Notes: generated by a model not told the origin, from the letters alone. DNA of 58,682 nt from an uncultured Chloroflexia bacterium (GCA_963768655.1 CAVYIM010000002.1:1-58682); one strand, 5' to 3'. Numbered from the stretch's first letter, positions 31,901 through 40,827 are shown. Numbers and translations: made by a program.

Positions 31901-33721
31901 CCAGAACGGGATCTTGCCGGGCACGCCCGGCGCCGGCGACACGACCACCCGGTCGGGCCTGATCTCCTCCACCCGCCAGCTCGTGGCCCCGAGCGCGATC
32001 ACCTCGCCGACGCGGCTCTCGTACACCATCTCCTCGTCCAGCTCGCCGACCCGCCGTCCGGGAGTGCCCGCCTCACCGACCAGGAAGACCGGATAGAGAC
32101 CACGGTCCGGAATCGTCCCGCCGCTGGTGATCGCCACCGTCCGCGCATCGCGCCGGCCCTCGACGCGCCCCGTCTCGCGGTCCCACACCACCCGCGCCTT
32201 CAGCTCGGCGAACTCGTCGGATCGGTACGCGCCGGCCAGCATGCCGAGGACGGCCTCGAACGCGTCGCGGGTGAGGCTCTCGTAGGGCGCCGCCCGCCGC
32301 ACCGTCTCGAACAGCTCGTCTGCCGTCCAGGCCTCGCGAACGGTCATGGCCACGATCTGCTGGGCTAGCACGTCGAGCGGGTTACGCGGCAGCTTCGTCT
32401 CCTCGATCGCGCCTTCGTGCATCCGCGCCGTCACCACCGCGGTCTCGAGGAGATCGCCCCGGTATTTCGGGAAGAAGATGCCGCGGCTGGGCTCGCCGAA
32501 CTGATGTCCGGCGCGACCGACGCGCTGCAGTCCGCTGGCCACCGAGGCCGGACTCTCGACCTGGATCACGAGATCGACCGCGCCCATGTCGATGCCGAGC
32601 TCGAGCGAGCTTGTCGCGACGATAGCCGGCAGGCGGCCGGCCTTCAGCGCTTCCTCGATCTGCACGCGCTGCTCGCGGGCCAGCGAGCCGTGGTGGGCCC
32701 GAACGAGCTCTTCACCGGCCAGCTCGTTGAGCTTGTTGGCCAGCCGCTCGGCCAGCCGGCGGGAATTGCAGAAGATGATCGTGGAGTGGTGCTCGCGGAT
32801 CAGCTCGAGTATCCGCGGGTGGATGGCCGGCCAGATGCTGCTCCGCGCCTCCGGGGCGGTTGCCGGACCGCCGGGCTGCTCGTCGGGCGGCAGCAGCTCG
32901 CCGAGCTTGCTCATGTCCTCCACGGGGACGCGGACGCTGAGCTCGAGGACCTTGCGCGAGCCGGCGTCGACGATCGAGACGTCCCGGGACTCCCCCGCCC
33001 TGCCGGGCCCGATGCCGCCGAGGAAGCGGGCGATGGTCTCGACGGGGCGCTGGGTCGCCGACAGGCCGATCCGCTGGGGCGGGCGTGCGGTCAGCTTCTC
33101 CAGCCGCTCCAGACTCAGGGCGAGATGGGCTCCTCGCTTGGTTCCCGCCAGAGCGTGGATCTCGTCGACGATGACGTGCTCCACGCCGCGGAGGATCTCG
33201 GCTGCATGGCTGGTGAGAATCAGATACAGCGACTCGGGCGTGGTGATGAGGATGTCCGGCGGGTTTCGGACCAGGTGGCGCCGTTCCTCGGCCGGTGTGT
33301 CTCCGGTCCGCACGCCGACCTCGATCCCGGGCGCCGGCTCGCCCAGCCGCTCGGCCGCCAGCCGGATCCCCGCCAGCGGGGCTCGCAGGTTTCGCTCGAC
33401 GTCGTAGATCAGGGCCTTGAGCGGCGAAACGTACAGAACGCGGACCGACCCGGGCGTTGCGGCGGTCCGCGGCCGCGGCTGGCGCGCCAGCCGATCGAGA
33501 GTCCACAGGAACGCGGCCAGGGTCTTCCCGCTGCCGGTTGGGGCATGGATCAGGGTGTGGCGACCGGCCGCGATGCTCGCCCAGCCTCCGGCCTGGGCCG
33601 GTGTAGCCGCCTCGAATGCCGTGCGGAACCACTCGGCGACCGCGGGACTGAAGAGGCCAAGCGGATCGCCGCCCGACGGGATCGGCGTCTTCGGTTCGGG
33701 CGAGTCGGATGCGGCAGCCAC
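28907..33721 (-). CDS. lhr: Lhr family SF2 helicase, long form with C-terminal extension
   Basis: APTGSGKT, SPLKAL, TTPESL, DEIH, GLSAT, HHGSL, SLELGIDMG, QRVGRAGH; C-terminal GEFRPG, RRGYFVDGLGAAQF, DPANPYG. Confidence 0.95.
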   Translation of the reverse strand: MAAASDSPEPKTPIPSGGDPLGLFSPAVAEWFRTAFEAATPAQAGGWASIAAGRHTLIHAPTGSGKTLAAFLWTLDRLARQPRPRTAATPGSVRVLYVSPLKALIYDVERNLRAPLAGIRLAAERLGEPAPGIEVGVRTGDTPAEERRHLVRNPPDILITTPESLYLILTSHAAEILRGVEHVIVDEIHALAGTKRGAHLALSLERLEKLTARPPQRIGLSATQRPVETIARFLGGIGPGRAGESRDVSIVDAGSRKVLELSVRVPVEDMSKLGELLPPDEQPGGPATAPEARSSIWPAIHPRILELIREHHSTIIFCNSRRLAERLANKLNELAGEELVRAHHGSLAREQRVQIEEALKAGRLPAIVATSSLELGIDMGAVDLVIQVESPASVASGLQRVGRAGHQFGEPSRGIFFPKYRGDLLETAVVTARMHEGAIEETKLPRNPLDVLAQQIVAMTVREAWTADELFETVRRAAPYESLTRDAFEAVLGMLAGAYRSDEFAELKARVVWDRETGRVEGRRDARTVAITSGGTIPDRGLYPVFLVGEAGTPGRRVGELDEEMVYESRVGEVIALGATSWRVEEIRPDRVVVSPAPGVPGKIPFWHGDGLGRPIELGRALGEFVRELEGDLGGGERGRERARRRLLEHHDLDELAAENVLGYLADEREVAGHLPTDRRIVVERFRDELGDWRIVVLTPFGGRVHAPWSMAIEARLEERLGQGAQTIWSDDGIAIRLPEGEVAGGRWGDGGDSVGDRGSIRDLLFPSAEEVEDLVVRRLGSSAMFAARFRENAARALLLPRRRPGSRTPLWQQRQRSAGLLAVASRYGSFPIIVETYRECLADLFDLPALRDILGGVARREIEVREVETVAASPFAGSLLFDYLAAYMYEGDAPLAERRAGALALDRQLLRELLGQEELRDLIDPAALADLELALQALVPERAARTVDALHDLLRRLGDLSAEEVAARIVEPPAAREWLRALEGSRRAIALRIAGEERWIAIEDAARYRDAFGVALPVGVPAAFLAPADGALDGLVARWARGHGPFHAPEPARRWAVPAARVEEALERLLDAGTILRGEFRPGGAEREWCDPEVLRQLRRRSLARLRREVEPVEQVVLARFLPAWQGVRPIAAGEAEAGGGAAPAPVLRSEAALERLAEVVDQLAGVPIPASVLERDVLPVRIPGYQPRLLDELGALGEVAWVGRGSLGRDDGRIVLYRPGREALRDLAAGEMEPPDGRIHERLRERLRQRGASFYRELASAAGPVPEREILDALWDLVWAGELTNDTFAPLRALRWRRPTGERRPRPGRLQLGPPEASGRWSLVEAGDGATDSVACGSAAGGGAGTGAGSGGSGRAASTARLHSLATVLLERHGVLTREAVAAEEVAGGFGAVYPVLRAMEESGRIRRGYFVDGLGAAQFALPGAVDRLRALRETAGEAGAAGPAVHLLAAADPANPYGAALAWPRRGEADRRPLARAAGAYVVLVDGAAALYLERGGHSLQSLPAADDGDVARAAVAALSELVGGGRLRELVVTRVDGEPVASTSWRPLLEECGFAAGYRGFVFRPSGRRVVAAGRGLSPETALDDSWRRPSGPRGSGSRR

Positions 33722-33957
33722 GAGACGGCCAGTATATGCGTCAGCCGCGTATTAGACCATCCGTTCTCATGATCCGTGGCGGCGCGCGACTCTACGCTCG
33801 CCGGGTGCGGCCGCGGCCGTGCCGGCTCGCTACCGCTCCGTGAGCTCGTGGCTTCAGGAGGCTCTGCGCACGCGCTCGGTGCCCGTCGCGCGGCTTATCT
33901 CCACGCCGTGGAAAGCGCCCTCGATGGCGCATCGTCATTGACGGCGCCCGGGCTGGC

Positions 33958-35643
33958 CTAGCAGCTGAGTCCGCCGCCGCTTCCGCTGGTGATTCCGGCC
34001 GGCACGCTATCCAGACCGTTGGCCACGATGGTGTGGATCTTGTTGAGCGAGGTCTGGTCCAGCATGTCGTACGCAGCTCCCGTCGTGGTCGGGTCGAGAC
34101 TGAAGTCGGCGGTGTTGCTGGTACCGATCTTCGCCGCCAGAGCGGCTATCGTCGGCGCGTCGGATTCCGGCAGGTTGGTCCAGATCGATCCGCCCAGAGC
34201 GTCCAGGATCGCCGGGACCTGCGGAAGGAGGGCACACGGGTCGATCTGGTCCCGGACCGCCCGCAGAACGAGCTGCTGGCGCTTCATGCGGTAGTAGTCG
34301 GAGTCGTAGCCGACGACGTGGCGCAATCGGGCGTACTCGAGCGCCACGGTGCCGTTCATGACCTGTGGCCCGGCCTTGATGTCGATGTTGTAGACGTCCT
34401 TGCCACCGTTGGCCGGTTCGTAGCCGAAGCCTTTCTCCTGCTTGACCTCGTACGGGACGTCGATGCTGAGGCCGTTCGGGGCCAGGGCGTTGATGAGCGC
34501 GACGAAACCGGGCAGGTTGACCACGACGGAACCGTCTACCTGGACGTTGGCGAGCTCGCTCACCGCGCCCTGCAGAGCTCCCAGCCCGCGCAGGAACTTG
34601 GCCGTGGTGGTGTTGCCGGTGCCGTACTGCGAGTACCAGGAGGGATGGACGTTCGCCGCCTCGTTCCACAGGTAGTCGATGAGGAAGTTGGCGTTGAGCT
34701 GGCCCGGTCCGGCACCGAAGCAATGGCAGGCGTAGTGCTTCGCCGACTCGGGCGGCAGCGGAACATTGATCAGGTTGCGCGGGATGCCGTACATCGCCGC
34801 CCGCCCGGTCGCTATGTCGACCTGGAGCAGGATCATCGAGTCGGGCCGGAGGCCGGAGTAGCGGCTGCCGCCCGGACCGGCGTCGATGCCGATCAGCAGG
34901 ACGTTGAGCTGGCCGTCGGCAGCCCAGTCCGTGGCGGTCCCGGTGAAGTTGGGCAGGTCCCCGAGCGCATAGACCACCGGCGCCTTCGTTGGGAACGGCG
35001 TGCCGGAGGGGCCGATCGAGCCGGACGGGGTCTGCTCCGGCGGCAGCGTGTCGATGGCGTTGTCATCCGGCGGCAGCGTGTCGATGGCGTCGTCATCCGG
35101 CGGCAGCGAGAAGCTGGGCGCCGGAGTGCCATCGTCCGTGATGAAGACCGGGGCCTCTCCGAAGATGTTCGAGAGCGCGTTGACTCCCGAATACGTGACC
35201 GAGGCGGCTTCACCGTAGAAGGCGGACGTCGCCAGCACGATCCCGATCATCACCGGTCCGGCGAATCGGGCGCTACGCGGACCCCTGGTGATGCCGCGCA
35301 GCGACCCACCCGCCAGTCTGAAGGCGTCGACAACCACAAGTGCGTGGCACAAGAGAAGTCCGAGCAGCACGAGGGTCAGGCTGGTCAGCCACGCGGTCGA
35401 GCCCGCGGCCGCGAACAGAAGATCGTGGTGGTAGAAGACCACTGCCACGACGGCCGCCGCGATGACGGCGATCCATGGAATCGCGACGATTAGCCCACGC
35501 CTCGGCCGGCCGAGGTATGCATGGCCCAGGCCCGGGATCAAGCTCAGGGTCGCTGCAACCGCCGGGGAGTGGGACCGCTCAGGCGGCGTGGACTCCGGCT
35601 CCTGGTCCCTCTTCTCGTCGGTCATCTCGGGTGTACGGGTCAC
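33958..35643 (-). CDS. LCP (LytR-CpsA-Psr) family cell-wall phosphotransferase with N-terminal TM helices
   Basis: NVLLIGID, LRPDSMIL, IPRNL, GFVALINAL, ALEYARLRH, SDYYRMKRQQ. Confidence 0.9.
   Translation of the reverse strand: MTRTPEMTDEKRDQEPESTPPERSHSPAVAATLSLIPGLGHAYLGRPRRGLIVAIPWIAVIAAAVVAVVFYHHDLLFAAAGSTAWLTSLTLVLLGLLLCHALVVVDAFRLAGGSLRGITRGPRSARFAGPVMIGIVLATSAFYGEAASVTYSGVNALSNIFGEAPVFITDDGTPAPSFSLPPDDDAIDTLPPDDNAIDTLPPEQTPSGSIGPSGTPFPTKAPVVYALGDLPNFTGTATDWAADGQLNVLLIGIDAGPGGSRYSGLRPDSMILLQVDIATGRAAMYGIPRNLINVPLPPESAKHYACHCFGAGPGQLNANFLIDYLWNEAANVHPSWYSQYGTGNTTTAKFLRGLGALQGAVSELANVQVDGSVVVNLPGFVALINALAPNGLSIDVPYEVKQEKGFGYEPANGGKDVYNIDIKAGPQVMNGTVALEYARLRHVVGYDSDYYRMKRQQLVLRAVRDQIDPCALLPQVPAILDALGGSIWTNLPESDAPTIAALAAKIGTSNTADFSLDPTTTGAAYDMLDQTSLNKIHTIVANGLDSVPAGITSGSGGGLSC
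35036..35108. repeat. In-frame 30-bp coding tandem repeat (LPPDD[D/N]AIDT) x 2.4
   Basis: TCCGGCGGCAGCGTGTCGATGGCGTyGTCA repeated in the LCP stalk region. Confidence 0.9.
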
Positions 35644-35792
35644 TGCGAAGGCCTCCGCGCGCCTCGATCATGAACGATTTGGCCGAAGGATGTCGTTGGC
35701 CGTGAGACGGTCGCGCTCACGGGGCTGTTCCGGAGCGCAGCCGCCGTCCCACTCTGCGCCGCCGGCGTGGGACGCCCGGGCCGGACAAACAG

Positions 35793-35820
35793 AAACGGCG
35801 GGCCGCCGGGCCCGCCGTTT
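35793..35820 (-). terminator. Intrinsic terminator after doxX
   Basis: 12-bp stem AAACGGCGGGCC/GGCCCGCCGTTT with a 4-nt loop; ends TTTCTGTTTG on the minus strand. Confidence 0.75.
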
Positions 35821-35895
35821 CCAGGTGCAGGGAAGGTAGTGGGACTGGGTATTCCCTGCGCTGGGTTTGCCTGTGGAACAGTGCTCCCGGGTCGG

Positions 35896-36402
35896 TTACC
35901 CGAGGGCGTACTTGACGACCGGGATCCGCTGCGCGATGGCGAGCTTCTCGACCACGGAGTCGAGGGCGTAGGCACCTGCGCCGACGTAGGCGATCGTGCC
36001 GGCGATGAGGCCGTACATGAGCTGCTCGTTGAAGGGACCGGTCGCGAAGCTCCAGTTGGCGACGTAGAGGAGGGCCATCAGGAGCGCGCCGCACACGCCG
36101 GCGAACCGAGTCGCCAGTCCGAGGATCAGGGCCGCACCGATGGCGCACTCGCCGAAGACGACGAGCGTGTCGATGACCGTCATGAGGCTGGCGTTGCCGG
36201 CGAGCGAGACCCAGAAGCTATGGGTCGGGTTGACGATGCCGGTGCTGCCCAGCCATGCGCCGCCCGTGGCGCCCTTGAGGAAGCCGGCCGCAGTGAACGG
36301 CGTCCCGCTCGACCACATGAGGAACTTGTCCAGGCCTGCGAAGAGGAACCCGCCTCCGAGAACTGCCCGAAGAACAAAGATTCCGCGACTCGTGCGATCC
36401 AT
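35896..36402 (-). CDS. DoxX / TQO small-subunit-like membrane protein
   Basis: LRAVLGGGFLFAGLDKF, GECAIGAALILGLATR, GAGAYALD; AGGA SD. Confidence 0.85.
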   Translation of the reverse strand: MDRTSRGIFVLRAVLGGGFLFAGLDKFLMWSSGTPFTAAGFLKGATGGAWLGSTGIVNPTHSFWVSLAGNASLMTVIDTLVVFGECAIGAALILGLATRFAGVCGALLMALLYVANWSFATGPFNEQLMYGLIAGTIAYVGAGAYALDSVVEKLAIAQRIPVVKYALG

Positions 36403-36506
36403 TTCTATTCCTGCACCTTTCGATGTTGTCGGCCGGCGGCTCCTGCTTGGCTGCCGGCTCGTCTTTTCGATAGATCGAATATAGAGGGCCTTACTGTTTG
36501 GCCGGG

Positions 36507-36523
36507 GTGCCGAAAGTCCCGAA
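36507..36523. promoter_or_regulatory. DosR/DevR-like box upstream of doxX
   Basis: GTGCCGAAAGTCCCGAA matches 14/17 positions of GGGACTWWAGTCCCSAA; TATATT -10 on the minus strand at 36478-36483. Confidence 0.45.
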
Positions 36524-36747
36524 GGGCCCGGGCCGGTCGGACCATTTCTAATACTGTGGCTATCAGTATTGGTTAGTCCATATATAGAAGTCGCCCAGTA
36601 CAGATTACCCTGCGGGCCCGCACGTATATAAGAGTACGGCAGTACATATTAACGGCCGCGTCCGGCGCGCTCACCAGAGCACGCTGGTAGGTGGTGGCGA
36701 AGTGCTCCGGGGCGCACCGTCGCGGACGGCGCCCGAGCGGGGCGGTT

Positions 36748-38541
36748 CTAGCGGGTTGCAGACCAGCGCTCCAGGGCGGCCAGGCTATGGGGGGCGGCGC
36801 CCGGCGGGAAGTAGCCCCGCTGGACGGCGTAAGGGTCCGCATGAGCGAGGGCCGGTGGCACGGGCAGCTGTCGCAGGCCGGCGGCGCGAGAGAGGCAGTC
36901 CGCCACGGAGCGGCGCGCCTCCCGGGGAAGCGGATCGAATGGATCGCGTTCGGCGACCGTCTGCAGCGCCACGAGGGGCCTGCGAAGGTCGTCCTGCCGC
37001 TCCAGCAGCGTTCGCAGCATCGCGCCGGCCAGGCCTCTCCGCCGCCACTCCGGCGCCACGCCCAGGGCCAGCAGCTGATCCACGCCGTCCAGCGGAGCGG
37101 GTGCCGCCAGCGCGACGCCGACCAGCCACTCCCCGGCGACGGCGCCCGCGGCGACGGCTCCGTCTGCTAGCGCCGCGCGCAGCAGTCCCAACCCCTCGTC
37201 GGGGTCGGCAGGTGCGATGGTCCGGGCCGCCAGTCGCACTCGATCGAGCATCTCGAGCGTCAACGGGGCGACGACTGCCTGCGCGCTGTCGGATCGGGCG
37301 GACCCGCCGGACCCGCCGAACCGGGCGGCGCCCCGCGCACCGGATGAAGCGATCGAACCTTCGGCCGTCCACCAGCCTCGTTCTTCGGCGACTCGCAGCA
37401 GCGCCGGCACGGTCAACGCTCGGATCAGCCCGACCGTCTGGCTGGCCGCCGACGCCGCCTCCGGGCTGACCTCCCTCGCGGACGCAACGCCGGGCTCGTC
37501 CTCGAACCCGAGCGGCAGCGGATCTTCGCCGAAGCGAGCTGCATCGCCGGCCCACCGCTCCCGCCACTCCCGCGGGAGAAGCCGCGGCGCCTCCCGGTGC
37601 GCGCCCGCCAGCCACGTCAACGCCCACGCCCGCGGCACGACGCGGTAGATCGCATACCCTCCGCCGCCTGTCGCGAGCCACTGTCCGCCGGCTTTTCGGT
37701 GCGCCATCCGATCGACCAGCCGGGCCGCCTCGCCCATCGCCGTCGTCGTCAGGGCGAGGTGCGCAAGCGGATCCCAGACGTGGCCGTCGGCGCCATGCTG
37801 GCTCACGATCACGTCGGGTCCGAACGCCGCAGCCAGGGCCGGCACGACGCCACGAACCGCCGCCAGCCAGGCGTCGGGTCCGCACGCCGGCTCAAGCGGG
37901 ACGTTCACACAGGTTCCGGCCGCACTCCCCTCACCCAGCTCGTCGACGAAGCCGGTTCCCGGGAACAGGGAGCGGCCGGTTTCGTGGAACGAGATGGTGA
38001 GCACGCCCGGGTCGCCGGCGTGGAGAGCCTGGACACCGTCGCCGTGGTGCACGTCCAGGTCGACGTAGAGCACGCGCAGACCGTCGCGCCGAGCTCGGGC
38101 AATCGCCAGCGCGACGTCGTTGTAGATGCAGAAGCCGCTCGCCCGCGCGCTCATGGCGTGGTGCAGCCCGCCGCCGGGGTGGTAGGCGTGCTCGACGTCA
38201 CCGCGCAGGATTGCCTCTATGGCCCGGATCGACCCGCCGGCAGCGGCCGCCGCTGCCTCATGCATGCCGGCGAATGCCGGATCGTCGCCCGGCCCGATCC
38301 CCGCCGCGGGCGACCCGTCGGGATCGGCTGAGAGGCGCTTCACGGCCGCGAGGTAGGCGGCCGTGTGCAGCCATTCAAGCTCGCCGTCGCTCGCCGGTTC
38401 GGGCGCCAGCCCGGGTACTGCCCCGACCGACCGCAACAGCTCGATGCCCGGTCCGAAGCGCCTCGGGCTCAGTGGGTGGCTCGGCCCGAAGTCGTAAGTG
38501 AGCGAGCGCGGCCCGAAGACCAGGAGCGGCCCGTCAGCCAT
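36748..38541 (-). CDS. acuC: AcuC-like Zn-dependent deacetylase (HDAC family) fused to a C-terminal GNAT-like domain
   Basis: YDFGPSHPLSP, GGGLHHA, SGFCIYND, YVDLDVHHGDG, SFHE..LFPGTG, QHGADGH..DPL, GGGGY; C-terminal ALGVAPEWRRRGLAGAMLRTL (acetyl-CoA motif A). Confidence 0.88.
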   Translation of the reverse strand: MADGPLLVFGPRSLTYDFGPSHPLSPRRFGPGIELLRSVGAVPGLAPEPASDGELEWLHTAAYLAAVKRLSADPDGSPAAGIGPGDDPAFAGMHEAAAAAAGGSIRAIEAILRGDVEHAYHPGGGLHHAMSARASGFCIYNDVALAIARARRDGLRVLYVDLDVHHGDGVQALHAGDPGVLTISFHETGRSLFPGTGFVDELGEGSAAGTCVNVPLEPACGPDAWLAAVRGVVPALAAAFGPDVIVSQHGADGHVWDPLAHLALTTTAMGEAARLVDRMAHRKAGGQWLATGGGGYAIYRVVPRAWALTWLAGAHREAPRLLPREWRERWAGDAARFGEDPLPLGFEDEPGVASAREVSPEAASAASQTVGLIRALTVPALLRVAEERGWWTAEGSIASSGARGAARFGGSGGSARSDSAQAVVAPLTLEMLDRVRLAARTIAPADPDEGLGLLRAALADGAVAAGAVAGEWLVGVALAAPAPLDGVDQLLALGVAPEWRRRGLAGAMLRTLLERQDDLRRPLVALQTVAERDPFDPLPREARRSVADCLSRAAGLRQLPVPPALAHADPYAVQRGYFPPGAAPHSLAALERWSATR

Positions 38542-38590
38542 GGCTCATCATCGCCAGATCATCGCGCAACGGGCGAGAGAGCGGGCAGCG

Positions 38591-38664
38591 GCCGGCTCGG
38601 CCTTGCCGGCTCGGCCTTGGCGGCTCGCCCTTGGCGGCTCGCCCTTGGCGGCTCGCCCTTGGCG
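38591..38664. repeat. 14-bp minisatellite x 5.3 upstream of acuC
   Basis: 2 x GCCGGCTCGGCCTT, then 3 x GGCGGCTCGCCCTT, then GGCG. Confidence 0.9.
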
Positions 38665-38965
38665 ACCGCGGAGCGATTCTCGCCCACGGCCCGGCGGTCT
38701 TCGCCCAAGTTCACCTGGGGCGATGCTACGCGACGTCAGTGTGCCTGCGCAGCGGATGACCGACCGGCGACGCGTCCCGCGAGCGTGATGCCCGCCGCCC
38801 GGTTGGCGAATTGGTCCGCCCAAACCTGCTGCCCCCGCCTTGCATCGCCGGGGGCCATATTGGACAGGAGAAGGGTCCGCGTGAAGGCAGCCGCGGTCGG
38901 CCGGCGACCGACCGGAGAGCGCCGGCGTCCGGCAGCCCCTGCCCGCGAAGGGTTACGCTGCGGTC

Positions 38966-39496
38966 GTGAACCAGCCACGATCAACGTTCCTGATCCGCCC
39001 CGTTCGCTCTGACGAGTACGCGGCGCTCGGCGAACTCACGGCGGCCGCGTACCGCGCCATTCCGTTCGACATGCCGCACCAGGACGTCTACGACGTCCAA
39101 CTCCGAGACGTGGCCCGCCGCGCCCGGACCTCCTGCGTGGTCGTGGCGTCGACCCCCGCCGGAGAGCTGCTCGGCGGCGTGACCTACGTCTCCGGTCCGG
39201 ACGATCCCTACTCCGAGGAGCTGCGCGAAGGAGAGGCCGGGATGCGGATGCTGGCCGTCGACCCGGCACATCAGGGCCGTGGCGTCGGCCGCGCCCTGAC
39301 CGAGTGGTGCCTGGCCCGCGCCCGCTCGGACGGCCGCCAGCGGCTCGTCCTGCACACCGGCACGTGGATGCCCGACGCCGTGCGTCTCTACGAGCGCATG
39401 GGTTTCGCGCGTCGGCCAGACCTCGACTTCGCCCCGGCGCCCGGGATCGATCTGATCGCTTACTCGTTCGAGCTGGCGGCGGCCGCCGCGTCCTGA
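38966..39496 (+). CDS. GNAT family N-acetyltransferase
   Basis: RMLAVDPAHQGRGVGRAL, AVRLYERMGF. Confidence 0.92.
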   Translation: MNQPRSTFLIRPVRSDEYAALGELTAAAYRAIPFDMPHQDVYDVQLRDVARRARTSCVVVASTPAGELLGGVTYVSGPDDPYSEELREGEAGMRMLAVDPAHQGRGVGRALTEWCLARARSDGRQRLVLHTGTWMPDAVRLYERMGFARRPDLDFAPAPGIDLIAYSFELAAAAAS

Positions 39497-40827
39497 TCGA
39501 GCGAGGCCACTCCTGGGACACGGCCGCCCGTCGCCGGCCGCGGCTCGGCGGTGCTGCCCCTGCGGCCCGGGCCAACCCCCGGCACGGCGCCGCGCAGCAC
39601 CGCGACGGCCGCGACGGCTTCCGCTCCGAGGGCTATCGCGCCGTTCATCACGAGCGCCGCCGGCGTCCCCCACAGCCCACCTATGCCGCCCGTGAGGCCG
39701 TTCCCGATCGGCGTCGAGCCCGAGAAGACGGTCGTGTAGACACTCATGACCCGACCCCGAAGCGGACCGGGGACGGTGATCTGGATCAGCGAGTTGGCGC
39801 TGACCGACGTCGCAATCGCACCCACGCCACAGAAGAAGACCGCCGCCAAGGCGACCGGGAACGAGTTCGTGCCCGCCAGCACCAACTCGGCCGCCCCGAG
39901 TACCATCCCGCCGCCGATGAGAACCCGAAGGCGAGGCCGCTCCAGCATCGCTGCCGCCACCGCGGCCACCAGCGCCCCGGCCCCCATCGCGGCGTACAGG
40001 ACTCCGTATCCGTCGGCGCCAACCTTCAGGACGCTGGCGGCCATGACCGGCAGGATCACGTTGAAGTTCATGCCAAAGGTGGAGATGAACCCGATCACGC
40101 CGATCGCCAGCAGCACTACCGGCGTCTGCCAGACGTAGCGAAGCCCCTCGCCCAGGTTCGAGCGGACCGCCGAAACGCTCCTGGGTATCGCCAGCCGAGG
40201 GGCCGGCATCAGCTCGCTGTCGCGCATGGCCAGCAGGCCGATGACGACGGCCCCGTAGCTGAGCCCGTTCAGGATGAAGCAGAGCGAGGTTCCGAGGACG
40301 GCGATCAGAACTCCGCCGATGGCCGGCCCGATGATGCGAGCTCCGTTGAAGACCGCCGAGTTGAGGGCTACCGCGTTGGCGACGTCGTCGCCGCCGACCA
40401 TCTCGACCACGAACGACTGGCGCGTGGGATTGTCGACGGCGTTGACCAGGCCCAGGAGAAACGCCAGGACGAACACATGCCAGACCGCGACGACGTGGAA
40501 GTAGCCGAGCCCGCCCAGGGTCAGGGCCAGCAAGCCGGCCGCAGTCTGGGTGCCGATCACGGTCCTTCGCTTGGGCCAGATGTCGGCGATGATCCCGCCG
40601 AAGAGACCGAGCACCAGGACGGGCAGGAACTGGACCACGCCCAGCAGGCCTATGTACACGACGGCCTGGTTCCATCCGACGAGAGTGCCCAGGAGCCAGC
40701 CCTGGGCCAGGGTCTGCATCCACGTCCCGGTGACGGAGATCAGCTGCCCAAAGAAGAAGAATCGAAAGTTGCGGTGCCGCAGGGCGCGGCCCGTCGCCGT
40801 GAGCCGGACCCGACCGCCGAGGATCAC
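39460..40827 (-). CDS. MFS transporter (H+ antiporter / MFS_3 type)
   Basis: ALRHRNFRFFFFGQLISVTGTWMQ, DNPTRQSFVVEMVG, NAVALNS, LRGRVMS. GTGA overlap with the upstream MFS; 3' end overlaps the GNAT gene by 37 bp. Confidence 0.9.
   Translation of the reverse strand: MILGGRVRLTATGRALRHRNFRFFFFGQLISVTGTWMQTLAQGWLLGTLVGWNQAVVYIGLLGVVQFLPVLVLGLFGGIIADIWPKRRTVIGTQTAAGLLALTLGGLGYFHVVAVWHVFVLAFLLGLVNAVDNPTRQSFVVEMVGGDDVANAVALNSAVFNGARIIGPAIGGVLIAVLGTSLCFILNGLSYGAVVIGLLAMRDSELMPAPRLAIPRSVSAVRSNLGEGLRYVWQTPVVLLAIGVIGFISTFGMNFNVILPVMAASVLKVGADGYGVLYAAMGAGALVAAVAAAMLERPRLRVLIGGGMVLGAAELVLAGTNSFPVALAAVFFCGVGAIATSVSANSLIQITVPGPLRGRVMSVYTTVFSGSTPIGNGLTGGIGGLWGTPAALVMNGAIALGAEAVAAVAVLRGAVPGVGPGRRGSTAEPRPATGGRVPGVASLDQDAAAAASSNE

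Noticed and set aside
36550-36650. dif site or LexA box in the AT-rich patch
   Set aside because: No ATAA-N6-TTATG arrangement; the CTG..CAG spacing is 7 rather than 10; AGTAC-N3-AGTAC only partly fits the cyanobacterial box. Kept only as an unassigned site.
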